Source of the DNA: Fibrobacter succinogenes subsp. succinogenes S85
GTDB lineage: Bacteria > Fibrobacterota > Fibrobacteria > Fibrobacterales > Fibrobacteraceae
Assembly: GCF_000146505.1 (NCBI RefSeq)
Contig: NC_017448.1
Location: forward strand, 510,001 to 542,000
Length of the DNA: 32,000 nt
Direction: 5' to 3'
A model generated the notes under the pieces. It worked only from the letters and a program-made list of their open reading frames with translations. It made no database searches and had not been told where the DNA came from. The first letter of the stretch is position 1. Every line of letters starts with the position of its first letter. This document shows, piece by piece, positions 1 to 9,992 of the stretch. The translations under genes were made by a program, and so were the position numbers.

Positions 1-62
1 AACCGAAGGCTCCGGCAGCTCCGGCTATGGATCCGTCCATGGGCATGGGCGGCATGATGTAA
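1..62 (+). CDS. groEL: Chaperonin GroEL, extreme C-terminus (partial, gene starts upstream of window)
   Basis: Frame ending at TAA 60-62 reads PKAPAAPAMDPSMGMGGMM*. A Gly-Met-rich tail of this kind is typical of GroEL C-termini. Only 20 codons are visible. Confidence 0.5.
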   Translation, partial: PKAPAAPAMDPSMGMGGMM

Positions 63-128
63 TCAACCGCCAAGTGCGCGCGAACAGCGCGCATCTAGGC
101 TGCTAGAATTTCATATTCTAACTCCACT

Positions 129-163
129 AAAAATCCCGACTCTGCAGAGTCGGGATTTTTTTT
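129..163 (+). terminator. Rho-independent terminator after groEL
   Basis: Perfect stem atcccgactc (133-142) / gagtcgggat (147-156), loop tgca, followed by a T-run 157-163. Confidence 0.8.
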
Positions 164-190
164 GTGCAGGCGTCGCGCCCCCACCACACA

Positions 191-216
191 AAAAAGGAGC
201 CCGTAAGGACTCCTTT
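191..216 (-). terminator. Terminator-like hairpin downstream of the PBP gene
   Basis: On the minus strand: aaggagtcc-ttac-gggctcctt followed by ttttt. It lies about 80 nt after the PBP stop at 293. Confidence 0.55.
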
Positions 217-292
217 AATTAAACTCTAATGATTGAAACAGCTGACTGGAATATTTACTTCATACCGTCATTGTCTACTTCCGGCTTTTCAG

Positions 293-2686
293 CTAGAACA
301 TCTTTCTCGTGCTACGCTTGGGCTGCTGCGGTTCGTCCTTGCCCTTGCCTTTCTTTTTCTTGGGCTGCGGAGCTTCATAACGGTTGTTTTCAACAACACC
401 CTTGTTGCTGAACAAAGTAGCGTTATCAGCAGACTTTGTCTGCGACGAGAAATGGTTGCCATCGCAACGCTCCGTCGGGCCGTAGCCCGCCGTGTAGAGG
501 CAGTAAGTCTTTTCAGAGCAGAACTCACCAGCGATAAGGCCCGTGTGGTTGCAGATGCCACGGCTGATTACACCAGGCGGAACCGGGAACGGAAGCTTCG
601 GCAAATCCTTGTGCAACTTCGCCATCGTAGCCATCCAAATCGGGAGAGCGTCTTCAGTACCCGTATGACCGGCACCCATGGTTCCCGGATTGTCGGAACC
701 GACCCACACGCCCATCGTGTACTGCTTCGTGAAGCCAATGTACCACGTATCCGTGTAATCGTTCGTCGTACCCGTCTTACCGCCACTCGGGTGACGGAAA
801 CCAGAAGCCCACACACGGCCTGCCGTACCGCGAACGTTCACGTCCTTGAGCATATCAACCATCAAGTAAGCCGATGCCGGGCGCAAGACTTCGTGTTCAA
901 CCTTGGAATTCTTCTCCACCACCTCGCCATTGCGGTCCACGATAGATTCAATCATGTACGGCTCAATGCGGTTACCGCCGTTCGGGAACACCGTGTAAGC
1001 AGACGTCATTTCCATAAGCGTTGCACCCACGGAACCAAGAGCCAAACTCGGGACCGCCTGCAACGGAGCACGCTTGATGCCGAACTTGCGAGCGTAGTTC
1101 ACCACGTTGCTGAGACCGTACTTCATACCCGTCAAAATAGCCGGCAAGTTCTTGGACTTGTACAGAGCGCGGCGGAGCGTCATCATACCTTCGAAGTCAT
1201 GTTCAAAGTTGCCTGGGCGCCAAACCTTGTTCGGGTTCTTGTCATCCGGGTCCGGGATCGTCACCGGCTGGTCGTTCACAGAGTCGCAGGGGCTAGCACC
1301 GTTGTCCATTGCGGTAGAATAGACGATCGGCTTGAACGAAGAACCCGGCTGGCGCAAGGACTGCACAGCGCGGTTCCACTTGGACTTGTTGAAGTCGCTA
1401 CCACCCACCATAGCGCGGATAGCACCCGTTTCGTTTTCAATGATAATAGCAGCTACTTCAGCGTGATGGTAACGGATACTGTCCGGGAAACGGATAAACT
1501 GGCCACGCTTGTTGCGAACCGTATCAGCAGCGAGATATTCCTTCTTGAAGAGCGTGTAGACGCTATCGAAGTGAGCGACAACGCTATCTTCGGGCATGTC
1601 GTACTTCTTGGTGAGCTGGAGCCTGCGAGTAGCGCGGTACTTGATGCGGCGACGGACACGTTCAACCTGTGCATAGGCGACACTGTCAAGGAACGCCTGG
1701 ATTTCCGGATCAATCGTACTATAGACGGACACGCCATCGGCATAGAGCGAGTTTTCGCCGTACTTCTTTTCCATATACTTGCGGATTTCTTCAAAGAAAT
1801 ACAAGCCCGTTCCAGTCACATCTTCTTTCTTGGCAAGCACAATCGGTTCTTCAATATACTTGCGGTATTCCTCGTTCGTGATATAGCCTGCATCGCGCAT
1901 CGCATAGAGCACCGTGTTACGACGGCGCTTGGAGGCCTTCGGATGACGGTCAGGGCGATACGTTTCAGGGCGCTGCAACATGCCCGCGAGCACAGCGTAT
2001 TCCGGGATAGAAAGGCTATCGAGCGGCTTACCGAAGTAGAACTTGCCTGCAGCCTGGAAACCGTAGTTACCGCCAGCGAGGTAAACTTCGTTCATATAGA
2101 ACTCAAGAATTTCTTCCTTCGTGTAGGTCTGTTCGATGCGGATGGCCGTCATCATTTCCTTAATCTTACGGGAAAGCGAGCGTTCCGGCGTGAGGAACAG
2201 GAGTTTGGTGAGCTGCTGCGTCAAAGTCGATGCACCGCGGAGCTTATTGCCCGAGACGGCGCTTTCGATAAGCGCAGACGGAATCGCCCACACGTTCATG
2301 CCCCAGTGCTTGTAGAACGCACGGTCTTCGGTCGCCATCACCGCATGGATTGCATTCACCGGAATTGAATCAATGGAAGTCCATTCGCGGCGTTCCACGA
2401 AGTATTCATGGGCAATTTGGCCATCCTTGTCGTAAATGTTCGTCACGAGTCGCGGATTGATCTGTTCGAGCTGCGAGAGCGACGGCAGTTCCGGCGAGTA
2501 ATGGATATAAACGGCCAGCGCGGCAATGAACGCCACGAATATCGGACACATGAATATAAAGAACCATCGGAAAATCTTGTTGGCAAACGCAATCTTCACC
2601 AAACTCCAAATTTTCTGCCAAACGATGGAACCATACTTGACGATGGCCGCGCCTAAAATCTTCATGAATGATTTGAACTTATCCAT
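293..2686 (-). CDS. mrcA: Class A penicillin-binding protein (bifunctional glycosyltransferase/transpeptidase, PBP1A type)
   Basis: 797-aa ORF with an N-terminal TM anchor. GT51 motifs: EDRAFYKHWG, GASTLTQQL, RKIKE. Transpeptidase motifs: SSFKP (SxxK) and KTGTT. Lys-rich basic C-terminal tail. Confidence 0.9.
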   Translation of the reverse strand: MDKFKSFMKILGAAIVKYGSIVWQKIWSLVKIAFANKIFRWFFIFMCPIFVAFIAALAVYIHYSPELPSLSQLEQINPRLVTNIYDKDGQIAHEYFVERREWTSIDSIPVNAIHAVMATEDRAFYKHWGMNVWAIPSALIESAVSGNKLRGASTLTQQLTKLLFLTPERSLSRKIKEMMTAIRIEQTYTKEEILEFYMNEVYLAGGNYGFQAAGKFYFGKPLDSLSIPEYAVLAGMLQRPETYRPDRHPKASKRRRNTVLYAMRDAGYITNEEYRKYIEEPIVLAKKEDVTGTGLYFFEEIRKYMEKKYGENSLYADGVSVYSTIDPEIQAFLDSVAYAQVERVRRRIKYRATRRLQLTKKYDMPEDSVVAHFDSVYTLFKKEYLAADTVRNKRGQFIRFPDSIRYHHAEVAAIIIENETGAIRAMVGGSDFNKSKWNRAVQSLRQPGSSFKPIVYSTAMDNGASPCDSVNDQPVTIPDPDDKNPNKVWRPGNFEHDFEGMMTLRRALYKSKNLPAILTGMKYGLSNVVNYARKFGIKRAPLQAVPSLALGSVGATLMEMTSAYTVFPNGGNRIEPYMIESIVDRNGEVVEKNSKVEHEVLRPASAYLMVDMLKDVNVRGTAGRVWASGFRHPSGGKTGTTNDYTDTWYIGFTKQYTMGVWVGSDNPGTMGAGHTGTEDALPIWMATMAKLHKDLPKLPFPVPPGVISRGICNHTGLIAGEFCSEKTYCLYTAGYGPTERCDGNHFSSQTKSADNATLFSNKGVVENNRYEAPQPKKKKGKGKDEPQQPKRSTRKMF

Positions 2687-2889
2687 TTTAAGTCACACTA
2701 AAAAAGTTTGGGCTCAAAAATAGCTAAAGAACAAAATCTATTCAATTATATGGGAACGTAAATAGGGGTTAAATGGGGGTAATTCAGGCGAGCAAATAGT
2801 CAAAAAGACTGTTTTAATAGTCAAAAACAGAACATGCGAATATTTTTTCAAAAAAAAACAATTTTTTTCACTTTTTTTGCCTTTTACCC

Positions 2890-2917
2890 TTGACATTATT
2901 TCTGATTATTCTATATT
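2890..2917 (+). promoter_or_regulatory. Sigma-70-like promoter for tRNA-Arg
   Basis: TTGACA (2890-2895), 16-nt spacer, TATATT (2912-2917), about 37 nt upstream of the tRNA 5' end. Preceded by long A/T tracts at 2843-2880. Confidence 0.5.
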
Positions 2918-2953
2918 TGGACCCGTCAACGAGAGAAGACAACAAAACAAAAC

Positions 2954-3027
<74 letters not shown>

Positions 3028-3030
3028 GAA

Positions 3031-3066
3031 GAGAAGACCAACCGAAAGGTTGGCCTTCTTTTTTTG
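3031..3066 (+). terminator. Rho-independent terminator after tRNA-Arg
   Basis: Stem gaagaccaacc / ggttggccttc with GAAA loop, followed by a T-run to 3066. Confidence 0.75.
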
Positions 3067-3122
3067 TTTCTACGACAATCCGAGGCAACCCTCTCTCTCC
3101 TAACTTAAACTTTCTACTAAAT

Positions 3123-3154
3123 CAAAAACGCCCCGCGGTTTTAACCACGAGGCG
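3123..3154 (-). terminator. Terminator downstream of the giant repeat-protein gene
   Basis: On the minus strand: cgcctcgtgg-ttaaaa-ccgcggggcg (10 bp with two G-U pairs) followed by ttttt. Confidence 0.6.
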
Positions 3155-3177
3155 CTCTTTATTTTACAAGGAAAACC

Positions 3178-6100
3178 TTATTTCTTTTTCTTGTTGTTCG
3201 CGCTGTTGCTGCGGACGTCCTTCGGCTTGAACTGGACACTGATTTCCACGTTCGTCACCTTGGAACCGAGTCCAGACGGGTCAAACACCTTGTACGTAAA
3301 TTCGTCGATTCCAGAGAAGCCCTTGTTCGGGGTGTATTCGAAGGAACCGTTCTTTTCGTTCAAGACGATTCGACCATTGCGTGGCTTCATCACCGTCTTC
3401 ACGGATTCGAGCTTGTCGCCATCCGGATCCTTAGCGGCTGACATGAGGCCTGTTGCAGCCGGGACCTTGAGCGTTTCTCCTTCGCGAGTCTGGTAAGAGA
3501 GCGGCTTCGTTTCCGGAGCGTTGTTCACGGCAATCACCGTAAATGTAGCCGTCTTGTGAGCGGTAGCGCCTTCCGGGTCCGTAACTGTGAACGTGATGCG
3601 TTCCGGCTTGCCCTTCCAGTGAGAATACGGCTGAGCCACAATCACAGTCTTCTTTGACTTGTCATAAGTCACCTGCAACTGCTTCTGACCCGTGAATTTC
3701 CACTTGAGGTCTTCGAAGTTGTGGTCCTTATCGCGAGCATACTGGTCAAGCTTAATCGTTGCAATCACACCTTCATTCTGATTTTCCCTGATGGTATAGT
3801 CAGGAATATCGCGCATGACCGGAGCCGCATTCACATGCTTCACGATAAACTTCACAACAGACTTGTCCGTGCCACCTGCCGGGTCCGTAGCCGTAAAGAT
3901 AATCGTTTCATCACCGAACCAGTTATCCCTTCTCGGCTTGATTTCAGCAACGTGGTTAGCATTGATTCTCACGTCAATGTTCTTGGCGCCAGAAACACTC
4001 CATCTGATCTCATTCTTCTTGTGGTCCGGATCGCTAACAAATTCATCCAGGTTGACGGACTTGAAAGCCTTGCCTTCAAGCGTCGTCTGTCCCGGGATTT
4101 CCTTCACAATCGGCGGGTCATTCACGGACTTCACAGTAAAGCGGACTTCAACAGAAGCCTTTTCCTTGCTCGGGTCAAACACGTTGATCGTCACTGTTTC
4201 GGTACCGTTCCAGTACTTGTTCGGGATTTCAACAGTGAGGATACCCTTTTCGCTGATGTTGTACTTCAGCTCATGCTTGGAGAAAGTCGGAGCCGGAGCT
4301 TCTTCCTGCTTCTTGGCCTTCTTTTTCTTCTTGTCCTTCTTGTTGTGCTTTGCCTTTACAGGAGCAGCAGAAGCAAACGGATTTTCACCATCAATAGACC
4401 ACTTGAGTTCATCGACGCTGTTATCCGGGTCGGTCACGAACTTCGTCAAGTCAATTGCCGGGAAGGTCTTCTTTTCTTCAATGACCTGCGGCGGAATCGG
4501 CTTAAACTTCGGAGGATCGTTCACCGGAATCACTTCGAACGTAGCCTTTGCAGACTGCTTATCGCCAGCCGGATCCATCACCGTGAACGTAAGCGTTTCC
4601 TTGCCAAACCAGTTCGGATTCGGGGTCGTCACCGTTGCACGGCCGTTCTTGATGTCCACAACAAGCTGGTTGTTGCCAGCAACAGACCACTTGAGTTCAT
4701 TCGGCTTGTTATCCGGGTCGTGAACGATTCTTGCGAGGTCCACCGGAGTAAACCTTTCCTTTTCCTTGATTTTCTGATTGCCAATTTCCTTGGTAATCAC
4801 AGGCGGATCGTTCACCGGAGTCACTTCGAATTCAATCTGCTGAGAAGCCCTTGCACCTTCCGGATCCGTCACATCGAGACGAATCTTTTCAGAACCGTTC
4901 CAGTACTTGTCCGGGGTCGTCACAACGAGCTGCTTCTTGGCATTGATTGTAGTCTTGAGAGCGCGAGTCGGAGCAACTTCGAACTTCAGAGAGCTCGTCG
5001 GATGATCCGGGTCAGAGACAAACTTCAACAAATCAATCGGTTCAAAATGTTCTTTTTCCTTGATGGTCTGGGCGAGAATCGGCCTAATGACCGGAGCATC
5101 ATTCACAGATTCCACGACAAAGTTGACCGTCTTGGAATCAGTTGCGCCATCCGGGTCCTTCACGGTGAACACGACATTGCGTTCACCATGCCAATACTGG
5201 TCGGCAATATTGATGTGAGCGAGGCCGCCCTTATAAATCACAACACTGAACGGATCCTTGACGACTTCTTCTTCCTCGTCATCATCATCCTTCTTGCCCT
5301 TCTTACCCTTCTTGCTCTTCTTAGGCTGTTCGGATTCTGGCTTCTTAACCTTGACCGACCAAGAGAGCTGTTCCATGGTGTTATCCGGGTCGCGGACAAA
5401 CTTGCTCAAGTCGATATCCTTGAACGTACCCTTTTCACGAATCTTCTGCGGCGGAATATCCCTCAAGACCGGAGGATCGTTCACAGAGACAATTTCGAAC
5501 GTAATCGTCTGAGAAGTCTTTGCACCATCCGGGTCGCTCACTTCAAGCATCATGAGTTCAGGAGCGCACCAGAAATCCTTATTCGGTGCAGTCACCGTAA
5601 GCACACGGCTCGGAGAGATTTCGGCCTTGAGCTGCTTAGCACCCGTGATTCTCCAGCGGAGTTCGTTAGGCTTGTTATCCGGGTCCTTCACGAATTCGTC
5701 AAGCTTAATCTGCTTGAAGGTTTCCTTTTCCTTGATCTTCTGGTCCGGAATTCTCTTCACAAACGTCGGAGGATCGTTCACGCGGGTCACTTCAAAGACC
5801 ATCTTGTGGCGAGCATAAGCACCTTCCGGGTCCGTCACGGAGAACGTGAGGGATTCCTTGCCGCTCCACTGCTTATCCGGAACAGAGACGATTACAGTAT
5901 TATCCTTACGGATATCAACCTTGAGGTCACGATTGCCAGAGACTTCCCACTTCAAGGAAGATGCCGGATGATCCGGGTCTTCGGCGAGAGTCGAGAGGTC
6001 GATAGTCTTGAAACGGCCACCTTCAAGAATCGTTTCGCCCGTCGGAGCGCTAGAGGAAATCACCGGAGCATCGTTCACGGAGCGAACTTCAAAGCGAGCA

Positions 6101-9100
6101 GTCTTGCTTGCAGAAGCGCCTTCCGGGTCCGTTGCTGTAAACGTGATGTTAGCAGCACCGTGCCAATACTTGTTCGGAATGTTAACCGTAGCAACACCAG
6201 TCGGATCGACCGTCACACGAAGGCCAGAAGCGGAGGTTTCTTCACCGTCATCCTTGCCCTTCTTCTTCGAAGAACCCTGGCTAATCGGATTTACCTTAAA
6301 CGTCCACTTGAGATCGCTAATCTTGTGGTCCGGGTCCTTGACGAAGTCAGCAAGCTTGATCGGCTGGAACTGTTTCTTTTCGTCAATGGATTGGTCGCGG
6401 AGGTCACGGACAAATTCCGGAGCGTCGTTCACAGAAAGCACCGTAAAGGTCACTTCCTTGCTATCCGAAGCGCCATCCGGGTCGGTCACCGTAAAGCGAA
6501 TCTTTTCAGAACCATTCCAGCTTGCGTTCGGCGGAGTCACCGTCACCTTGTGCGTTGCATCCATAGCGACACGGAGTTCCTTGTTGCCTTCCATCTTCCA
6601 TTTGAGGCGGTTCTTCGGATGATCAAGGTCTTCAACAAAGTTGTCAAGTTCAATCGGCTTGAACGATTCCTTTTCCTTGACAGTCTGGCTTGCAATTTCC
6701 TTCATGACCGGCGGGTCATTCACAGAAACAACCGTAAACGTTGCCGTCGTACGGGCCTTGGCTCCAGACGGGTCGGTCACAGTGAAGGTCACCTTTTCGG
6801 AACCGTTCCACATCTTGTTCGGAGTCTTCACGGTCACAATGCCCGTCTTGGACATATCGACCTTGAGATCCCTATTGCCCGTAAAGTCAATCTTCAAGCT
6901 TTCAAAACGGTCATCCGGGTCAGACACGAGTTCAGACACGTTGAACGGAGTGAATTCGCCCTTTTCCTGAATAGTCTGGTCAGCCACCTGCTTGATTTCC
7001 GGGAGATCATTCACAGATTCCACCGTGAAGAGAGCCGTAGAAGAAGCCTTAGCGCCTTCCGGGTCCGTTACGGTGAACGTAATTTCTTCGGCACCGTTCC
7101 AGTACTTGTTCGGAATAACAATCGTTGCAACCTTGTTCGCATCGATATTGACCTTGAGTTCGGATTCTCTCTTCTTGGAACCGGCAGCAGGCTTGCTAGA
7201 GACAGAGAACGAGAGATCAGAGAGCTTGTTATCCAAGTCCTTCACCATGTCAGCGAGCTTAATCGGCTGGAACTGGCCCTTTTCACGAATCGTCTGCGGC
7301 ATGACCTGCTTTACAAACATCGGAACGTCGTTCACGGATTCCACGGTGAAATTCGCCGTGCGTTCATCGCAAGCGTTATCCGGGTCGCAAACCTTGAACG
7401 TCAGAGTTTCGGCACCGTGCCACTGCGGAGACGGCGGAGTGATGCGCACGACATGAGCACCATCCATGGCAACCTTGAGTTCCTTGTTGCCCGTAATCGT
7501 CCACTTGAGGCGATTCTTGGCATGGTCAAGGTCTTCAACAAAGTTGTCAAGTTCAATCGGCTGGAATTCGCCCTTTTCCTTGATGGTCTGTTCGCGGATA
7601 TCCTTCATGACCGGCGGGTCGTTGATAGCCTTGACCGTGAACTTTGCAGATGTAGATGCACGAGCGCCTTCCGGGTCCGTTGCGGTAAACATGAGCGTTT
7701 CCGTACCGTTCCACTGGTCGTGCGGAATCTTCACGGAGACTTCGTGAGACCTGTTATCAATATTGACCTTGAGGTCCTTATTGCCAGTGACTTCGATCTT
7801 GAGCTTCGAGAAATCGTGGTCGGCATCGCTCAAGTAGTCATCCATGATAAACGAAGTAAATTCGTTCTTTTCTTCAATCACCTGGTCCGGAATCTTCTTG
7901 AATACCGGCGGGTCATTCACAGAACGCACGTTAAGAGCGACTTCCTGCTTAGCAGAACCGCCTTCCGGGTCCGTCACTGTAAATGTTGCAATCGTGTTGC
8001 CAAACCAGCTCGGGTCCGGGATTTCAACCGTAGCGACATGCTGGTCGTCAATATTGACGTTGAGCGTACCAAGTTCCGGCATCTGGCCCTGGTGCTTGAC
8101 TTCAACATCCCAGGAGAGTTCGGAATTCTTGTGGTCTTCGTCCTTGACGAAGTCATCAAGCTTGATCTTGGTGAACTGCTGCTTTTCGTTGATGTTCTGG
8201 TTCGGAATCGGGCGAATGAACTTCGGCAAGTCGTTCACGGAGTTGACCGTAAACACAGCTTCGCAATCAGCAGAAGCGCCTTCCGGGTCCGTAGCCTTGA
8301 ACTTGATGGATTCAGAGCCGTTCCACATCTTGTTCGGGATGCGGATTGTAGCCACACCGCCAGAAACAGAGACCTTCAAATCCTTGGCGCCCGCAACAGC
8401 CCACTTGAGCATTTCGATGCGGTGGTCCGGATCCTTCACATATTGGCCAAGCTGGATCGGTGCGAATTCCTGCTTTTCGTCAATCGTCTGGTCCGGAATG
8501 TTTTGAACAAATTCAGGAGGATCGTTGATGGAGTTGACCTTGAAGAGCACATCCTGCTTTACGGATGCACCGGCAGCGTCCGTCGCGGTAAACGTCACGC
8601 GTTCCTGGCCATTCCAGAACTCGTTCGGGATTGTCACAATGGCAGAACCGTAATTGTCAATTTCAATCTTGAGGTCCTTGTTGCCCGTGACCGTCCACTT
8701 GAGCTTCATCGGATCGTCATCCGGGTCCGTGACATAGTCCGCAAGAGAAATCATATCAAACTGATTTTTCTCATCGATGACCTGGTCCGGAATCTTCTTC
8801 GTAAATGTCGGAGGATCATTCACAGGAGTGACCGTGAAAGCTGCGGTCTTGTTATCGCTACCGTAATCCGGGTCATTTGCGATAAACTTGATTCTTGCAG
8901 CACCATACCAGTGCTTGTCGGGAACAACAATCGTTGCAACGCGGTTAGCGTCAATCGTTACAGACAAATCACCATCAGCCTGAGGACCGCCTGCCGGGAC
9001 AACTTCGGTATCCCATGTAATCAGGTTCTTCTTGTGGTCCGGGTCATTTACAAAGTCATCCAAGCGAATCTTGGTGAACTGCTGACCTTCCGTAATGACC

Positions 9101-9579
9101 TGACTCGGTATCTGAGATACAACCGGCGGATTGTTCACGGATTCAACCGAGAAGTTCACCGTTTCAGATGCACTGGCACCTTTAGAGTCCGTTGCCGTAA
9201 AGGTCAAGTCTTCGGAACCATTCCAAAGGGCATCCGGAGTTGCAATTTCAACCGTATGGTCCGGAGCGATATTCACCTTGAGGGCCTTGTTGCCGCTCAC
9301 CTTCCAACGGATCTGCGAGGGCTGGTCCGTGTCGTCGGTGACAAAGTTATCAAGTTTGAACTTCGTGAAAGTCCCACCTTCCAAAATAGATTCGCCAGGA
9401 ATTCCACCCACCTGTGGCGGTTCGTTCGCCGGAGCCGGTTCAGGAGCAGGTTCACTTACAGGGGCCGGAGCAGCTTGTGGAGCCGGGGCCGCAGATGCAG
9501 GATTTTGCGCAAACGATGATGTTGCAATAACACTAGCAGATGCTATCAAGGTCGCCATGGACCTCTTCAGTTTTTTCAT
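3178..9579 (-). CDS. Giant secreted cadherin-like repeat protein (19 repeats of about 100 aa plus a distinct C-terminal Ig/cadherin-like domain)
   Basis: The ORF is open to 9606, but ATG 9579 (MKKLKRSMATLIASASVIATSSFAQ, signal-peptide-like) has GGAG 7 nt upstream. Each repeat ends in VNDPP/VNDAP and carries a DPDH/DPDN motif, a W.V.GNK.LKV core and TDPEGA. These are cadherin-type Ca-binding signatures (DxNDxP). Confidence 0.9.
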   Translation of the reverse strand: MKKLKRSMATLIASASVIATSSFAQNPASAAPAPQAAPAPVSEPAPEPAPANEPPQVGGIPGESILEGGTFTKFKLDNFVTDDTDQPSQIRWKVSGNKALKVNIAPDHTVEIATPDALWNGSEDLTFTATDSKGASASETVNFSVESVNNPPVVSQIPSQVITEGQQFTKIRLDDFVNDPDHKKNLITWDTEVVPAGGPQADGDLSVTIDANRVATIVVPDKHWYGAARIKFIANDPDYGSDNKTAAFTVTPVNDPPTFTKKIPDQVIDEKNQFDMISLADYVTDPDDDPMKLKWTVTGNKDLKIEIDNYGSAIVTIPNEFWNGQERVTFTATDAAGASVKQDVLFKVNSINDPPEFVQNIPDQTIDEKQEFAPIQLGQYVKDPDHRIEMLKWAVAGAKDLKVSVSGGVATIRIPNKMWNGSESIKFKATDPEGASADCEAVFTVNSVNDLPKFIRPIPNQNINEKQQFTKIKLDDFVKDEDHKNSELSWDVEVKHQGQMPELGTLNVNIDDQHVATVEIPDPSWFGNTIATFTVTDPEGGSAKQEVALNVRSVNDPPVFKKIPDQVIEEKNEFTSFIMDDYLSDADHDFSKLKIEVTGNKDLKVNIDNRSHEVSVKIPHDQWNGTETLMFTATDPEGARASTSAKFTVKAINDPPVMKDIREQTIKEKGEFQPIELDNFVEDLDHAKNRLKWTITGNKELKVAMDGAHVVRITPPSPQWHGAETLTFKVCDPDNACDERTANFTVESVNDVPMFVKQVMPQTIREKGQFQPIKLADMVKDLDNKLSDLSFSVSSKPAAGSKKRESELKVNIDANKVATIVIPNKYWNGAEEITFTVTDPEGAKASSTALFTVESVNDLPEIKQVADQTIQEKGEFTPFNVSELVSDPDDRFESLKIDFTGNRDLKVDMSKTGIVTVKTPNKMWNGSEKVTFTVTDPSGAKARTTATFTVVSVNDPPVMKEIASQTVKEKESFKPIELDNFVEDLDHPKNRLKWKMEGNKELRVAMDATHKVTVTPPNASWNGSEKIRFTVTDPDGASDSKEVTFTVLSVNDAPEFVRDLRDQSIDEKKQFQPIKLADFVKDPDHKISDLKWTFKVNPISQGSSKKKGKDDGEETSASGLRVTVDPTGVATVNIPNKYWHGAANITFTATDPEGASASKTARFEVRSVNDAPVISSSAPTGETILEGGRFKTIDLSTLAEDPDHPASSLKWEVSGNRDLKVDIRKDNTVIVSVPDKQWSGKESLTFSVTDPEGAYARHKMVFEVTRVNDPPTFVKRIPDQKIKEKETFKQIKLDEFVKDPDNKPNELRWRITGAKQLKAEISPSRVLTVTAPNKDFWCAPELMMLEVSDPDGAKTSQTITFEIVSVNDPPVLRDIPPQKIREKGTFKDIDLSKFVRDPDNTMEQLSWSVKVKKPESEQPKKSKKGKKGKKDDDDEEEEVVKDPFSVVIYKGGLAHINIADQYWHGERNVVFTVKDPDGATDSKTVNFVVESVNDAPVIRPILAQTIKEKEHFEPIDLLKFVSDPDHPTSSLKFEVAPTRALKTTINAKKQLVVTTPDKYWNGSEKIRLDVTDPEGARASQQIEFEVTPVNDPPVITKEIGNQKIKEKERFTPVDLARIVHDPDNKPNELKWSVAGNNQLVVDIKNGRATVTTPNPNWFGKETLTFTVMDPAGDKQSAKATFEVIPVNDPPKFKPIPPQVIEEKKTFPAIDLTKFVTDPDNSVDELKWSIDGENPFASAAPVKAKHNKKDKKKKKAKKQEEAPAPTFSKHELKYNISEKGILTVEIPNKYWNGTETVTINVFDPSKEKASVEVRFTVKSVNDPPIVKEIPGQTTLEGKAFKSVNLDEFVSDPDHKKNEIRWSVSGAKNIDVRINANHVAEIKPRRDNWFGDETIIFTATDPAGGTDKSVVKFIVKHVNAAPVMRDIPDYTIRENQNEGVIATIKLDQYARDKDHNFEDLKWKFTGQKQLQVTYDKSKKTVIVAQPYSHWKGKPERITFTVTDPEGATAHKTATFTVIAVNNAPETKPLSYQTREGETLKVPAATGLMSAAKDPDGDKLESVKTVMKPRNGRIVLNEKNGSFEYTPNKGFSGIDEFTYKVFDPSGLGSKVTNVEISVQFKPKDVRSNSANNKKKK

Positions 9580-9992
9580 TTTCGATCTCCGATACCATAC
9601 ATGCAATCAAAATTTCATAGTGAAATTTATCACACGTCCTTAAAATCGTCTTTAAATATAACGCTTTTCCGAGAAATCTTTTCATATTTTGAATTGGTTT
9701 TCCATAACAAAAAATGAGCTTTTTGTCTATTTCGTTTCAGAAATTTACGTAACTAATTGAGCATCAACGAGTTACAGAAAGAAGGTATAAAAAGTCCTCC
9801 ACCATCTGTTTTTCGGGTAAAAATCGCATTTTCCACACAAAACTCATAAAAGAGGCTTCAGTTATGTAAATTTTTTGTAAAACAAGGCTTTTTTGGTCAA
9901 TCGTCCCCCTCCCGAGGGCTTCAAAAAGCTGCAAAATTTCACAAAAAAAACTAATTTTGAAATAAACCGATTAAATCTAACCAGGAAACACA

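Noticed and set aside
233-2368. 711-aa plus-strand ORF opposite the PBP gene.
   Set aside because: The Arg/His-rich translation has no recognisable motifs. The minus-strand frame carries all the PBP1A motifs.
3721-9519. 1932-aa ORF on the plus strand, antisense to the giant repeat-protein gene (plus several nested plus-strand ORFs of 80-300 aa).
   Set aside because: Its translation is low-complexity and rich in Arg, Leu, His, Val and Phe, with no motifs, signal peptide or RBS. The minus-strand frame has clear domain repeats, a signal peptide and an RBS. It is a shadow ORF, kept open by the strongly biased, repetitive codon usage of the real gene.
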